In this document: one piece after another, positions 8,768-18,743 of the stretch
Layout of the letters: every line of letters starts with the position of its first letter
How positions within the stretch are numbered: the first letter of the stretch is position 1
Virus record (IMG/VR): IMGVR_UViG_3300047504_000025
Location: 1 to 36,779 of that record
Origin: a virus
Lineage: Duplodnaviria; Caudoviricetes
Reading direction: 5' to 3' (one strand)
Length of the DNA stretch: 36,779 bases
Program-made: the position numbers and the translations under genes
Notes under the pieces: generated by a model
Databases searched by the model: none
The model's input: the letters and a program-made list of their open reading frames with translations, nothing else
Told to the model about the DNA's origin: nothing

Positions 8768-10044
8768 TATTGCACCTTTCCTAAAAATGTAAAGTTTCTT
8801 GGTCTTGGTATTGGTTTTGCCTTTATTACCGCGTGTAAATTAGTGCGGCCATCGGCTTTCCACGCTTGGGGTAAATCTTTTTGTAAATACTCCTCAACGT
8901 GTCCGGCCTGTATATTCTCGAACTTCTGTTCGGCTTTGGCCATACACGCTGATAAAACGGCCTGGTCAAACTTCTGACCCGCCGGGTGGAGGTTGTTGGG
9001 GGGTTCCACGATATAAACGCTGGTGGTGTCGGGGTCTGTGGCAAACCATGTTGAGTCTGTAAACGTGAACGACCCCGTGGCTGCTACATAACTATCAACT
9101 AACGCCGATTGAGTTTTACCAGTGCCAGAGATTATACTTAACCCCCAGCCATTAAAATAATCATCGGCCTCGTCCCTTGTGGAATCAGCCAAAATATAAC
9201 TACCAACCGTAACGCCGGTAGCCACGCCGGACTCAATATCCAACTTATTAAACGTCAGCGTATACGGAAACTCAATTATCGCGTCGTCCACCGGGTCAGG
9301 ATAGACCAATAGTTCAAATCGGCGTTTCGGAGAAAGGCCAGATTTTGGTTCGTATTGTCGTATAGCAAGTAAATACGCGTCACCTGTCGAAACCGACATC
9401 TGCCGGAGCCGGCGTATGTCAGATTCTGTTACCCAACGTAATTCGCCACAGTTCGATGAATTTTTCTGGTACGACGGAACCCCGTTGACCTCGCCGCCGA
9501 AATACTCTGGAAGGGGATACCTACCAACGTCCCCGGCAATAGTCTCATATTTCGTAATCACAAATGTATCGGTCGCCGCCGGGGTCGTCCCGCCGGGGTT
9601 CCCGTTGTCTGTGAGCCACGCGGCCACGGTTATTACTCCAGTGGTGACGGTATAGGTAGCGACTTGTGCATAACTTCCAGCACCAGTACCAGTTAGAATA
9701 TAAACCCAATATCCGTTTATTTCATCATCAACGGTATAAGTATCGGCAAGAGTTAAATCGGTTATGCTCGTCTCTTCAGCAGCAGTAGCCACCCCCTCGA
9801 CCGCCGGCCCACAGGTAGATACCGACAGGATTCGTTTCCGCCACTGCCAACCCTGTGGCGGGGAGTCGGAAATAAATGACCGTATCCCATCGTTTATTAC
9901 GTCCTTGATGTCTTGGAGGTCGTCCTTGTCGATGGGTAACATCGAACGGGCCGCCCCATCAGTACCGCGGTAGGCCGTCCCGGCCTCCTTGGCTATCTTG
10001 GTACACAGTTCTTGCATCGTTAAGGCAGATGTCGGTTCGGACAT
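8767..10044 (-). CDS. Head-tail adaptor (tail tubular protein A-like) with two inserted repeat domains
   Basis: N-terminal helices (IKDVINDGIRSF...WQW), YPLPEYFG, LLVYPDP..., helical C-terminus; position after capsid genes. Confidence 0.65.
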   Translation of the reverse strand: MSEPTSALTMQELCTKIAKEAGTAYRGTDGAARSMLPIDKDDLQDIKDVINDGIRSFISDSPPQGWQWRKRILSVSTCGPAVEGVATAAEETSITDLTLADTYTVDDEINGYWVYILTGTGAGSYAQVATYTVTTGVITVAAWLTDNGNPGGTTPAATDTFVITKYETIAGDVGRYPLPEYFGGEVNGVPSYQKNSSNCGELRWVTESDIRRLRQMSVSTGDAYLLAIRQYEPKSGLSPKRRFELLVYPDPVDDAIIEFPYTLTFNKLDIESGVATGVTVGSYILADSTRDEADDYFNGWGLSIISGTGKTQSALVDSYVAATGSFTFTDSTWFATDPDTTSVYIVEPPNNLHPAGQKFDQAVLSACMAKAEQKFENIQAGHVEEYLQKDLPQAWKADGRTNLHAVIKAKPIPRPRNFTFLGKVQ

Positions 10045-10045
10045 A

Positions 10046-10237
10046 TTATTTCTCCGCCGGTAGTTTTTCCTTGGATATTATATCCAGTTCTTTCACGGCC
10101 TCAAGACCCTCGGCACAACACTTCTGGACCAACTGGAGGTCTTGAGTCAGTTGGATATGGCCATTACGAGGCATATTCACACTCGATATTACCTGGTCAA
10201 TTCTGGCCAACGCTTCCTGTACTTGTTTCTGCTCCAT
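10046..10237 (-). CDS. Small helical hypothetical protein
   Basis: AAGGGGT RBS before ATG of MEQKQ. Confidence 0.55.
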   Translation of the reverse strand: MEQKQVQEALARIDQVISSVNMPRNGHIQLTQDLQLVQKCCAEGLEAVKELDIISKEKLPAEK

Positions 10238-10278
10238 AATTTTACCCCTTAAATTAAACAATAAAGTTTTATGATGGC

Positions 10279-10307
10279 AAAACCCGTGCCGGGGTCTCCG
10301 GCACGGG
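10279..10307 (-). terminator. Intrinsic terminator after capsid/cement genes
   Basis: Perfect 10-bp stem CCCGTGCCGG/CCGGCACGGG, 5-nt loop, TTTT on the minus strand. Confidence 0.75.
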
Positions 10308-10317
10308 ATACTGTTTA

Positions 10318-11121
10318 CTAACTACATAACTTGAACAACGGACCATTGCCCGCTGCTGTACCGGCCACAGTGTGACCAGCATACTGAGACGTATCATTTG
10401 TAGCAGTTGTTACCGCCAATGCCGTGTTCGCCGATTCGAGTGAACCGTCGTGTCTCCAGAAGCAACCCATACCACCACGGGCACCAACCCCACTCTGGGG
10501 GGCAAGCCAACACATTCCATCATCTTGACACCAGAAATATGTGCTTGCCGCGGCCACAGGAACGGCAGGACGACCGGCCTTGGCCAGTATAGTAGACGTT
10601 CCAGTACGCAATCCTGAATATGGATTGGCAAATACTTCTACCTTAGATGAGGTAGTAATAGCCTGCGAAACGCCGGCCTCAAGATAAATTACCAAGGCTG
10701 CGTTTTCTGCCGAGACATCGTTACCTACAACTTGCAGAAAATCAACATTATTGTTAGTGCCATTATAAACAATGGCATATCCGCCCTGCAATTCATCTAA
10801 GACTAAAGCCGAATGAGTGGCAGCAGGTATTTCTACCACTTGAGTACCCACCAAACCTCCACCACTTTGGGCGGTGGATAAAGTTGTAATGGCCACAACA
10901 CCAGTGTCCGTAAACTCACAACCTTGACCGGAAATACATGCAGCACTGGATTTTGAGTATACAAACGAACGGCCATCGGGCGTGGTAACTCGGTCGCCTA
11001 AGAATCTGGCGGAGTCCTTGACCAACGAAGTCCTGAACAAAAAGGCCCACGGGGCCAAATCCATATTCTGGACGGTCCCGATTGTGCCAAAGTTTATCGT
11101 TCTGTTAATTGTTCTACTCAT
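10318..11121 (-). CDS. Capsid cement/decoration protein
   Basis: Follows MCP with AAGGAG RBS; LGDRVTTPDGRSFVYSK and YFWCQ..G motifs; followed by terminator. Confidence 0.65.
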   Translation of the reverse strand: MSRTINRTINFGTIGTVQNMDLAPWAFLFRTSLVKDSARFLGDRVTTPDGRSFVYSKSSAACISGQGCEFTDTGVVAITTLSTAQSGGGLVGTQVVEIPAATHSALVLDELQGGYAIVYNGTNNNVDFLQVVGNDVSAENAALVIYLEAGVSQAITTSSKVEVFANPYSGLRTGTSTILAKAGRPAVPVAAASTYFWCQDDGMCWLAPQSGVGARGGMGCFWRHDGSLESANTALAVTTATNDTSQYAGHTVAGTAAGNGPLFKLCS

Positions 11122-11148
11122 ACTAATATCTCCTTACATTAACGGGGG

Positions 11149-12267
11149 TTAGGACGCTTTGTGCAATACGAATCCGCAACGTCTCATATTTTCGACCAGG
11201 ATGTTGTGTGCCCCGTCGATGTTCATACCAAATGCGGTATGCTGCAATGGCTTTAGACTCGTTGGCGGGTCTACCTTCTGCCAATAACCATCATGTACGA
11301 AGGGTTTGAAATACGCCAAGTCCATGAAATACACAGGCGAATAGGCAATCGGGGTGCCGTCGGACTGGTCAAGGGTGTCAAGGGGTATAATCGGTATCTT
11401 GTTGACCTTTACCAAGCCATCATCGACCACCAACATTCCGCCTAACACTTCCTTCGCCGTGGAAACATGTGCGTCGTCTTTCTTGTCAACCAGTTCCATC
11501 AAACTCAGAACAATGTCCGTGGGGGCAACGGCCCGCAGTTTGGATGCGCGTTCCTTGATGAGCGGACTCTTGAGGAACACGGGGTACTTGACCTTGGTCT
11601 TAATCAACGCTTTACGCATGGACTTCAACATGGCGTTGTTCACATCGGTGTAAAGACCGCACCAATTACGCCATTTTTCCTCGGTCGCTGCATCAATACC
11701 GGCACAAACTGTACTCCATGTGCCGTCACCAAACTTCACGGCCTTACCATTCCAGGCACCGGCACTGGTGTTAATTGTGTCAGCCGCGGCGGTTCTAAAT
11801 CGGAGATAATACGGCAGGGTGTACGGAGTCGATTTATCCGTGGCACTGTTCGGGGCCGTAATCATCGTTTCCTCAATCAGGTCCGCGAGGTCAATATACA
11901 TCTGGTCCCGGCGGGTCTGGACAAGGTTAATGAACCCCTTCTTGGAGTTCTTCTGTTGAACAATTTCCCACTCATCCCACGTGGCACTGGCCGTTAATTT
12001 CGCCCAATGCACGTCGATATTGTGGATGTCGTCTTTGAACTTGTATTCGTCTGTCTCGAACACGCCGCAATATCTGGCTGTACCCGCGGTATCGAACTCA
12101 ACTTTACGAACGATACTCGTACCTCCGTCTATTGAAACAGCGTCGTCTGCAAACATCGAACACCAGAAATACTCGTTATGGTCTAACACATACTGTATTT
12201 CCTGGTTAGGAAGGTCCGCAAGAGTAGTCTCAAGCAAACCCTCCAAATCCTCTGGTCTGTAACTCAT
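11149..12267 (-). CDS. Major capsid protein
   Basis: 372 aa after scaffold; SIDGGTSI...W.....A..T.D..E...Q...GID....KWRN...VYFMD pattern; strong codon bias. Confidence 0.85.
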   Translation of the reverse strand: MSYRPEDLEGLLETTLADLPNQEIQYVLDHNEYFWCSMFADDAVSIDGGTSIVRKVEFDTAGTARYCGVFETDEYKFKDDIHNIDVHWAKLTASATWDEWEIVQQKNSKKGFINLVQTRRDQMYIDLADLIEETMITAPNSATDKSTPYTLPYYLRFRTAAADTINTSAGAWNGKAVKFGDGTWSTVCAGIDAATEEKWRNWCGLYTDVNNAMLKSMRKALIKTKVKYPVFLKSPLIKERASKLRAVAPTDIVLSLMELVDKKDDAHVSTAKEVLGGMLVVDDGLVKVNKIPIIPLDTLDQSDGTPIAYSPVYFMDLAYFKPFVHDGYWQKVDPPTSLKPLQHTAFGMNIDGAHNILVENMRRCGFVLHKAS

Positions 12268-12280
12268 AAGTTTTTAACTC

Positions 12281-13432
12281 CTAATTGAATACTTTAGCCA
12301 AGTTCTTACCAGCGTTTTCTTCGGCCTTCTGGCGCGTCTTCACTCCAGCGACCGGGACGGTCTTGGAACTGGACGGGGCCAGGGTAAGGCCGGCCTGACG
12401 CTTGGTAGCCTCAACTTTAATCTTCGTTCTGATTACTTGCTCTCGCACATCTGTTGTAACAAGCAAATGGGCGCGGTCGAAAACCTCCTCTAAGTCAGGT
12501 TTCAACCCTTGGGCTTCCATACCTATTTTGATGAGATTCGCTTCCTGCATAACCTTCCAACGGTTCTTTAACTGGTTAGGTGTAAGGCTATTATCCCAAC
12601 TCCGATTCTCTTTGGGAATTGGTTGGCCCTCGGAATCTACGGACGTATCGCCGTAAAACTGTTTCAGGGCTTTTACATCCGGTCTCAAGAAAAATCCATC
12701 AATCTGTTGTGAGATTGCGGCGTTTTCCTGTTCCCTCGCAACCTGGGTCTGGCGGGTCGCCTCGGATTCCGTAAAGGATTCCGCGACGGGTCGGGCGGCC
12801 AACTGGGCGGCCATCGCCTCATTATTCGCCTGCATCGCCTCTATCACCCCAACTATCGGGTCGCCCTCGTATTCTTTACGTAGGGTCTCAATATCCACCT
12901 TCTTTAATTCCGGTTTAACTACCGGAACGGACGGAGCGGCAGACGGAGGAACGACCAATTTCTTGCCGGCGTCAGAGAATTTCTTGGAGAGATTATTCTC
13001 ATCGCGTAACATCTTAGCGAAGGTTTTCTTCGCCAAGGCAGGGTCAGTATCCTTGAGTTTTTTAATATCCTCATCAGAATACTCATAGTGCTTTGCCGCC
13101 CTGATTTCGGCGTCCGTAATCTTCGTTGACTCATCTGCCGGGGTTTCCACTGGGGCAGGAACATCTGCCGGAACGTCCGCGGGTTTCTCTGCCGACTCAA
13201 CTGGAGCCGGGGTAGGTACTTCCGTTGCGGGTTCTGGGGTAGGCGTTGCCTCTGTCGCCGGGGTTTCCTCCGGGGTAGGTTCGTCTCCGAAAACTTTTTC
13301 CAGTCTTACTTCTGCGTTATTTTCAGCTTGTTCGGTCTTTAACATTCTATCGGCTTGAACATCAATCGCTGATTCCTCGGCGGTTAATTTATTCGAGTCT
13401 GTTACTTCTGATTTTATTTCTGGTTCTGGCAT
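12281..13432 (-). CDS. Scaffolding protein
   Basis: Acidic Pro/Glu/Thr-rich N-terminus, helical body, immediately upstream of MCP. Confidence 0.7.
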   Translation of the reverse strand: MPEPEIKSEVTDSNKLTAEESAIDVQADRMLKTEQAENNAEVRLEKVFGDEPTPEETPATEATPTPEPATEVPTPAPVESAEKPADVPADVPAPVETPADESTKITDAEIRAAKHYEYSDEDIKKLKDTDPALAKKTFAKMLRDENNLSKKFSDAGKKLVVPPSAAPSVPVVKPELKKVDIETLRKEYEGDPIVGVIEAMQANNEAMAAQLAARPVAESFTESEATRQTQVAREQENAAISQQIDGFFLRPDVKALKQFYGDTSVDSEGQPIPKENRSWDNSLTPNQLKNRWKVMQEANLIKIGMEAQGLKPDLEEVFDRAHLLVTTDVREQVIRTKIKVEATKRQAGLTLAPSSSKTVPVAGVKTRQKAEENAGKNLAKVFN

Positions 13433-13457
13433 AATTCGTTTCCCCTATAATTAAAGT

Positions 13458-13673
13458 TTATTTCTTCTTTCCGGCGGCGGCCATCGCCTGCATCTTGGCA
13501 TTTCCATATTTTTTACGGCCTATTGCGGCGGCCACTGCCCCAGGGTCAGATGCCCCTGATAAACGGGCCGATTTCTCAACTGCGGCAAATCTCGAACCTT
13601 CGCCCAACGGTTTTCCTTTAGTTGCTTTCATACTGGCCAGTCTCGCGGCCCTTCGTTCTTTCTTACTCGACAT
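13458..13673 (-). CDS. Small basic phage protein
   Basis: AAGGAG RBS; GSRFAA...DPGAVAAAIGRKKYG pattern common in head modules. Confidence 0.7.
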   Translation of the reverse strand: MSSKKERRAARLASMKATKGKPLGEGSRFAAVEKSARLSGASDPGAVAAAIGRKKYGNAKMQAMAAAGKKK

Positions 13674-13675
13674 GA

Positions 13676-13993
13676 TTAACGTCTCCTTTGTTCTTTCTTG
13701 TCCATCCCGAAGTGATGGGAATATCGTTCCTGTTCTTTAACACTATGAAATGCCACCCTGCCATCAGGGAGGACATCAACATTTGGCCATTGTTTTCTAT
13801 GTTCCTCTGCCTGTTCCGGTATAATTCCTAACGATTCCGAAACGTGGTAGTAATCGCCGGCGTTGGTAGGTTCGCCGTATTTGCGATGAAGGGTCCCACC
13901 GCAATCACAAGGTCGGCGGTCATCGGACCAGCGGGTACATTCTTTCTGGCATATATTACACACCATTGAACGCAGGGTCTTTTTCTCGTACAT
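13676..13993 (-). CDS. Zinc-ribbon protein (FmdB-like)
   Basis: CNIC...CDCGG, coupled to portal stop. Confidence 0.6.
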   Translation of the reverse strand: MYEKKTLRSMVCNICQKECTRWSDDRRPCDCGGTLHRKYGEPTNAGDYYHVSESLGIIPEQAEEHRKQWPNVDVLPDGRVAFHSVKEQERYSHHFGMDKKEQRRR

Positions 13994-15795
13994 TACACAA
14001 CCCCCTGATTTATCGACTGGCCAATTGCCGCCGCGGCCTGCGGGGTTTGGTTAACCTCTTGGGTCTGGGTTAACACGGACCTGTTCATCGGTGCCCCGCC
14101 ATTCTGTTGTATCCCGGCCTGGGTGTTCGGCGATTTCGCCTTTCCTGGGTTCTGGGGGCCAAGGGCCAGCATAATTTTTAATTTATTTTGGAACTCAGGG
14201 TCCACCAACAATTCTTCAACCCAGTCGCCAATACCCCATTCAATGGCAATCTGAGTATAGTACTTGTTCAAATTAAACGGTTGACCAATCGCCATTAAGG
14301 TCTGAGCCGTGGTGGCCCCAGCCGGGATTACGTTGGTACAAAATTCAAGTATCCGTTTGGACCTAACCATCGGGTCCATTTTAGTCATAGACCTTGATTT
14401 AATCGTAAATACAAAATCAAGGAAATCGCCCATACGAAGTTCTGGGGTAAGGACCAACTGTTTTTCCTCACCGCCTGTCACACGTTTGGTCATTGGTAAC
14501 TGAATAAACGGGTCAGTATGTAGATACCAGGCCATCTTACGCACAATCTCACTGGCGGCGTCGTAGGTGATGTCCTGCATATCATTGATGCCAACACTCA
14601 TATTTCCCTGTAGGGCCATCGTCTTGGTTGCGGTCTCGTCACCCTCGTTTCCAGTTGTGCCGCCCTGCATCTGAGTGGGATTGCCGGCCATCATATTATA
14701 CCACATAAATATGGCGTTCAAAGCGGCGTCATTCTTGGGATTCTGGCCGCCAAACGAAACCACATTAACCCCCTTGGGGTCAGTGGTCGGAATCCAGTCG
14801 CCGGTCTGGGCTTCTTTAATATCCTCTACCTCGGAGGCCATTGCGGGATTAAATAACCCTACGTCTTTCTGTTGTTCAATCTGGTCAATCTCTTTCTTCA
14901 TTATACGATTGGCGATGCAAGCCAAATCATACCAGATACTAACCGGGGCCACCGGGAACGGATTACCCTCGACCGGGGGAGAATAGGATAAGAACGTATA
15001 TGGCCCTTCCTTCGGACCATTAAATTCACTAATCTTTATAAATCTATCCTTGAGTGCCTGGCGGGGGTCGCCCATCAGGACTATCTGTTGGGTTTCCGGG
15101 ACATACATCTGGACTACATCAACCTCATCCTGTAATTTGGTCATCGCGTCCTTGGCCTCTTTACTGCGGGTCATATCAGACAGTGGATTCTGATAATTTG
15201 ACCCGGACGACGGCAGACCGACGATTAAATCGTGGTCCATTCCATCGGCGTCGAGTAACCACTGTCGAGGAATAGTTACCATATCAAACAAACATCTGGC
15301 CTCGTCGATATTGGTACAGGTAGGGTCGAACCCGAAATTATCAAGCATAACACAACGGGTATAAACTTGACCGTTGTCAATATAAACGTCGTCAATTTGT
15401 AACAATTCGCCACTGGCTTTTAATCCAGTTCGTGTAATGCCCCACGCAAATAAGGCATTCGTGACCCACGCCCGCAAGGTCTGTTTTAATTTAATCTGCC
15501 GGGCCGTGGTGTCAAGACCCATACCCAACAATTCAGCGTATTGTTTATGTTCGACGTAGGGTGTCGTGACCAACGTAATTGGTGACTGGGCCACAAGATT
15601 CGGAACATAACTCCGAATAGTATTGAATACCAAATTCAGGGGTTCGTCGCCTTCGAGTCCTTTTTCTTCCCTGTAATACTGGCCAACATAGGACTTGAAG
15701 AATAGAGCGCGGGCCTTGCAGAATCTGTCCATTCTATCGAAACCGAGTTTCACGATATTCTGGATTTTCAAAGGGTCAACTACTTCGCTGGGCAT
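13993..15795 (-). CDS. Portal protein (P22-like)
   Basis: 600 aa after TerL; LNLVFNTIRSYVPNL, G.....ETAT motif, Gln-rich C-terminus. Confidence 0.85.
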   Translation of the reverse strand: MPSEVVDPLKIQNIVKLGFDRMDRFCKARALFFKSYVGQYYREEKGLEGDEPLNLVFNTIRSYVPNLVAQSPITLVTTPYVEHKQYAELLGMGLDTTARQIKLKQTLRAWVTNALFAWGITRTGLKASGELLQIDDVYIDNGQVYTRCVMLDNFGFDPTCTNIDEARCLFDMVTIPRQWLLDADGMDHDLIVGLPSSGSNYQNPLSDMTRSKEAKDAMTKLQDEVDVVQMYVPETQQIVLMGDPRQALKDRFIKISEFNGPKEGPYTFLSYSPPVEGNPFPVAPVSIWYDLACIANRIMKKEIDQIEQQKDVGLFNPAMASEVEDIKEAQTGDWIPTTDPKGVNVVSFGGQNPKNDAALNAIFMWYNMMAGNPTQMQGGTTGNEGDETATKTMALQGNMSVGINDMQDITYDAASEIVRKMAWYLHTDPFIQLPMTKRVTGGEEKQLVLTPELRMGDFLDFVFTIKSRSMTKMDPMVRSKRILEFCTNVIPAGATTAQTLMAIGQPFNLNKYYTQIAIEWGIGDWVEELLVDPEFQNKLKIMLALGPQNPGKAKSPNTQAGIQQNGGAPMNRSVLTQTQEVNQTPQAAAAIGQSINQGVV

Positions 15796-15796
15796 A

Positions 15797-17737
15797 TTAA
15801 CCTACACTCGCCATAGTAAAATCAAATTTTCGCCTGCCGCCGCGGGTCCGTTCCTTGGCCTTTTTAAGGACCTGTTGGAAACGATATTCACAGGAATTAA
15901 CCGGAACTTTCCTCTGGTCAGATTTACCCTGCGGCATATCTTTGTCTTCCAGCGTTAGAGCCGCGGCTATCACCCGGTCGCCGTGGGTCTTTTTCGCATA
16001 TTGACTCTCACACATCAAATCCGCGGGACCCACGCCGCCGGTCGAATAATGAATATAAGTCAACGCTTCCTCAAGACAAACCTTGGAGCGACATACATAT
16101 CCGCCGTGGGCCAATACCGCGTCGAGAGACATTAACATCAATTCTTTACTCTGTCGACTGGTATGGGCACCATAGGTCTGGGTCTTTCGGTCTACCGTTT
16201 TTCCAACCGTTTCGGCCCGATAATAATATGGGTAAAAATACTTCTTTACAATTATGCGGCCAAGGTCCCAACCGGGACCGTTGCTCTCCCATTTCAGATA
16301 CGGTTTCTTCCACGGTTTTGGACCGCCAAACCACAGGGCAATCGCTATTACTATCTGGGCAAACTCATACGACGGATAGTTCGCGTCGGCCCATTCCCCA
16401 ACCTGTTCCCCGGTTTCCTTACATTTTATTGACATTACCGAGTTCGAGGCCCCCTGACCCTTGCCGGTATCAATGCCAATTATATAACTCAACTTCTGGT
16501 CCGGCCTCATCTGGCCAGTGGGGTCCGGTTTCAGGTCACACCACAGTTTCAACGGCCCGTTTGTTATCTCCCGTATCGAGTATAATTCCTTGAAATTTGT
16601 CGCCGTCTGTTTTATAATCGCCGCCACCGTATTATACCCAAACCACTCATTAAACCGCACGTCCATCGTGTGCTTGGGGGGCCGGGCATACAGGGCCGCG
16701 TGGTTCTCTATATTATTCTGGATAAAAAACGCTGTACCCGGTTCGATGTCAACGCGGTCAACTTCGGCGGCCATATATTTAGGCCCCCGGAGTTCTTCCT
16801 CTTTGTTATACCAAGGACTGCGAATCCTGAATTTCTTGTCTTTTTCCTCTACGTATCGGCCTGCGCCTTTTTCTGGATGCTCGTGCCACGGCATAACGAA
16901 TACTTTAATCTGACCGCTTTTCTTCCAGATATTATATTCGCTCCCGGCCACCGCCGTAGAGTTCACGATACGAACCAATGCAGCGTCACGTGACGCCGAC
17001 CGCATCTGCGCCCCATTCTGAACCGCGCCAAATTCATCAAGCAAACAGATTAACCGGCGGTCGCCCCTGGCCGCGTGTTTTGTGGTAGATTCGCCATCTA
17101 ACACGCTGCCCGTTATCGGATTCTCCCAGTGCATGTGAGTCCGGTTTTTCTGACCAAGAAAACAGTCGGGGGGTCTCATCCATAGGGGCAACCATTCGTT
17201 AATTCGGTCGTGTTTTTGAAACAGAGCCTTTTGATTCCCCGATTTATCTACATATTCTTCATTACGCGACATTTCGAGCAACATAGCCTCGTCGCGGAAT
17301 AGCATCAGATGATGCAGAAAGAATACGCTGCACCAAGACGCACCCATATCTCTTGACTTGTCAATTAAAATATCAGTACCAGTTGCCAAACAATTATCAA
17401 AGGCCGCAAACAGTTCATCCTGGATAGGCCAAGTCACCATTGGTAGGTCCGGGTTTTCAACCGGCATACGTGACCCGTCTTCAAGTACCGTCCATTGGAC
17501 AAACGTCATTCCGAAAGCGTTTACCCAGTATAACAACGATTCCGCACAAGCGGCCAATAAATCCTTCTGATACCCTCCATCGTTCTCGGCCCGGTCAATA
17601 AGTTTCATTCGCCATTCGACGTTTTTATCGAGGCATTTCGGGACTCTCAACCCCGTCTTAGGACAAGTCCATGTCTCCTCGCCACTGGGGAAGGGCGTAG
17701 AAAGTTCAGGGCGTATAATTAAAGAATTACTACTCAT
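15797..17737 (-). CDS. terL: Terminase large subunit
   Basis: WPIQ, IDKSRDMGASW (Walker A variant), LLDEF (Walker B), IVNST, IIGIDTGKG and HGDRVIA nuclease motifs. Confidence 0.9.
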   Translation of the reverse strand: MSSNSLIIRPELSTPFPSGEETWTCPKTGLRVPKCLDKNVEWRMKLIDRAENDGGYQKDLLAACAESLLYWVNAFGMTFVQWTVLEDGSRMPVENPDLPMVTWPIQDELFAAFDNCLATGTDILIDKSRDMGASWCSVFFLHHLMLFRDEAMLLEMSRNEEYVDKSGNQKALFQKHDRINEWLPLWMRPPDCFLGQKNRTHMHWENPITGSVLDGESTTKHAARGDRRLICLLDEFGAVQNGAQMRSASRDAALVRIVNSTAVAGSEYNIWKKSGQIKVFVMPWHEHPEKGAGRYVEEKDKKFRIRSPWYNKEEELRGPKYMAAEVDRVDIEPGTAFFIQNNIENHAALYARPPKHTMDVRFNEWFGYNTVAAIIKQTATNFKELYSIREITNGPLKLWCDLKPDPTGQMRPDQKLSYIIGIDTGKGQGASNSVMSIKCKETGEQVGEWADANYPSYEFAQIVIAIALWFGGPKPWKKPYLKWESNGPGWDLGRIIVKKYFYPYYYRAETVGKTVDRKTQTYGAHTSRQSKELMLMSLDAVLAHGGYVCRSKVCLEEALTYIHYSTGGVGPADLMCESQYAKKTHGDRVIAAALTLEDKDMPQGKSDQRKVPVNSCEYRFQQVLKKAKERTRGGRRKFDFTMASVG

Positions 17738-18206
17738 GCCTATCAAGGTATCCAATCATTTTTGCTAACAGTCCCTTTGAATCCTGTGTGAAACCTAAAA
17801 CTCTATTGCACCTATCACATAAAAGCCCTCTAACGTTGCCAATTTTGTGGTCGTGGTCTACGGCCAGAACGCCGTGTTTTAATCCTGGTATATTGACCCC
17901 GCCACATATTGCACACACTCCCTCTTGTAACTTGAATAGTCTGTCAAACCGTTCCTTGGTTATCCCATATTTTCGTTTAAGGGTGTCAAATCTACGTTTC
18001 TCCCGTACCCCTGGTTTATCCAAATATATCCTATCGCGGACAGCGTGTTCTTTTTTATGAGTAAGTCTATACTCTCGGCGTCGTTTTTCTGTACACAATT
18101 TACACGTACCCGCAAACCCATCCCTGCATCGTTCTTCTTTATAAAACTCGGCGACGGGTTTTTCTATCTTACATTTCCTACACACCTTGTTCGGGTTCCG
18201 GCTCAT
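17730..18206 (-). CDS. Endonuclease VII-family (HNH-type) homing endonuclease
   Basis: KYGIT...QEGVCAIC...LAVDHDH..G.VRGLLC.RCN..LG; N-terminal CxxC...CxxC; AT-rich. Confidence 0.9.
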   Translation of the reverse strand: MSRNPNKVCRKCKIEKPVAEFYKEERCRDGFAGTCKLCTEKRRREYRLTHKKEHAVRDRIYLDKPGVREKRRFDTLKRKYGITKERFDRLFKLQEGVCAICGGVNIPGLKHGVLAVDHDHKIGNVRGLLCDRCNRVLGFTQDSKGLLAKMIGYLDRHE

Positions 18207-18558
18207 ACTCCTCGTTTAATCTGTTACCCACCCCCGAATCGAACTTCCCGGCCCGACGGGCGCGTTCGGGTCCGCCCTCCTGGGCGGCCTGGGCCGGTCG
18301 GCCTTCGATGCGGGTGAATACCAGTTCCATAACCTTTCGGTCGGGTGTATATACTCGTTTCTGGACTACTCCATCGGCATCGGTAAATTCCTCTGTCCCG
18401 CCGTTGGCCATTAACCAAAGTCGCCTCGATAGTACTTCTGCTTTAGACGCGACATACGGCTGGCCGTCAACGATTATCGTCTCGGTCTCGTTACCAATAT
18501 CTCGAAGATACTGGGTCAGAAGTTTTCCCGCGGCTACTCGGTCTGTGGATAGGGTCAT
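18178..18558 (-). CDS. Probable terminase small subunit
   Basis: SKAEVLSRRLW..A..G...PD..VMELVFTRIEGRPAQ helical pattern; upstream of TerL. Confidence 0.6.
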   Translation of the reverse strand: MTLSTDRVAAGKLLTQYLRDIGNETETIIVDGQPYVASKAEVLSRRLWLMANGGTEEFTDADGVVQKRVYTPDRKVMELVFTRIEGRPAQAAQEGGPERARRAGKFDSGVGNRLNEEYEPEPEQGV

Positions 18559-18743
18559 CCAATCCTCCAATCGTGGGTTCGTCTCGCCGTAGTCTTCCGA
18601 TGGACAACCCGTTCGGGCAGGCCCTTCGGGGATTGGCCGTGGATATACTCGGCGGCCTTCTGTGGCGATAACCCAGGCAGTTTAATACTGCCGTGGGCCA
18701 CACCCTCCATCAGGCGGAACTGCCTTTTCGACAATGCGGGCAT
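18555..18743 (-). CDS. Small basic phage protein (MPAxSKxQ family)
   Basis: MPALSKRQFRLM..VAH...KGLPERV. Confidence 0.7.
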   Translation of the reverse strand: MPALSKRQFRLMEGVAHGSIKLPGLSPQKAAEYIHGQSPKGLPERVVHRKTTARRTHDWRIG

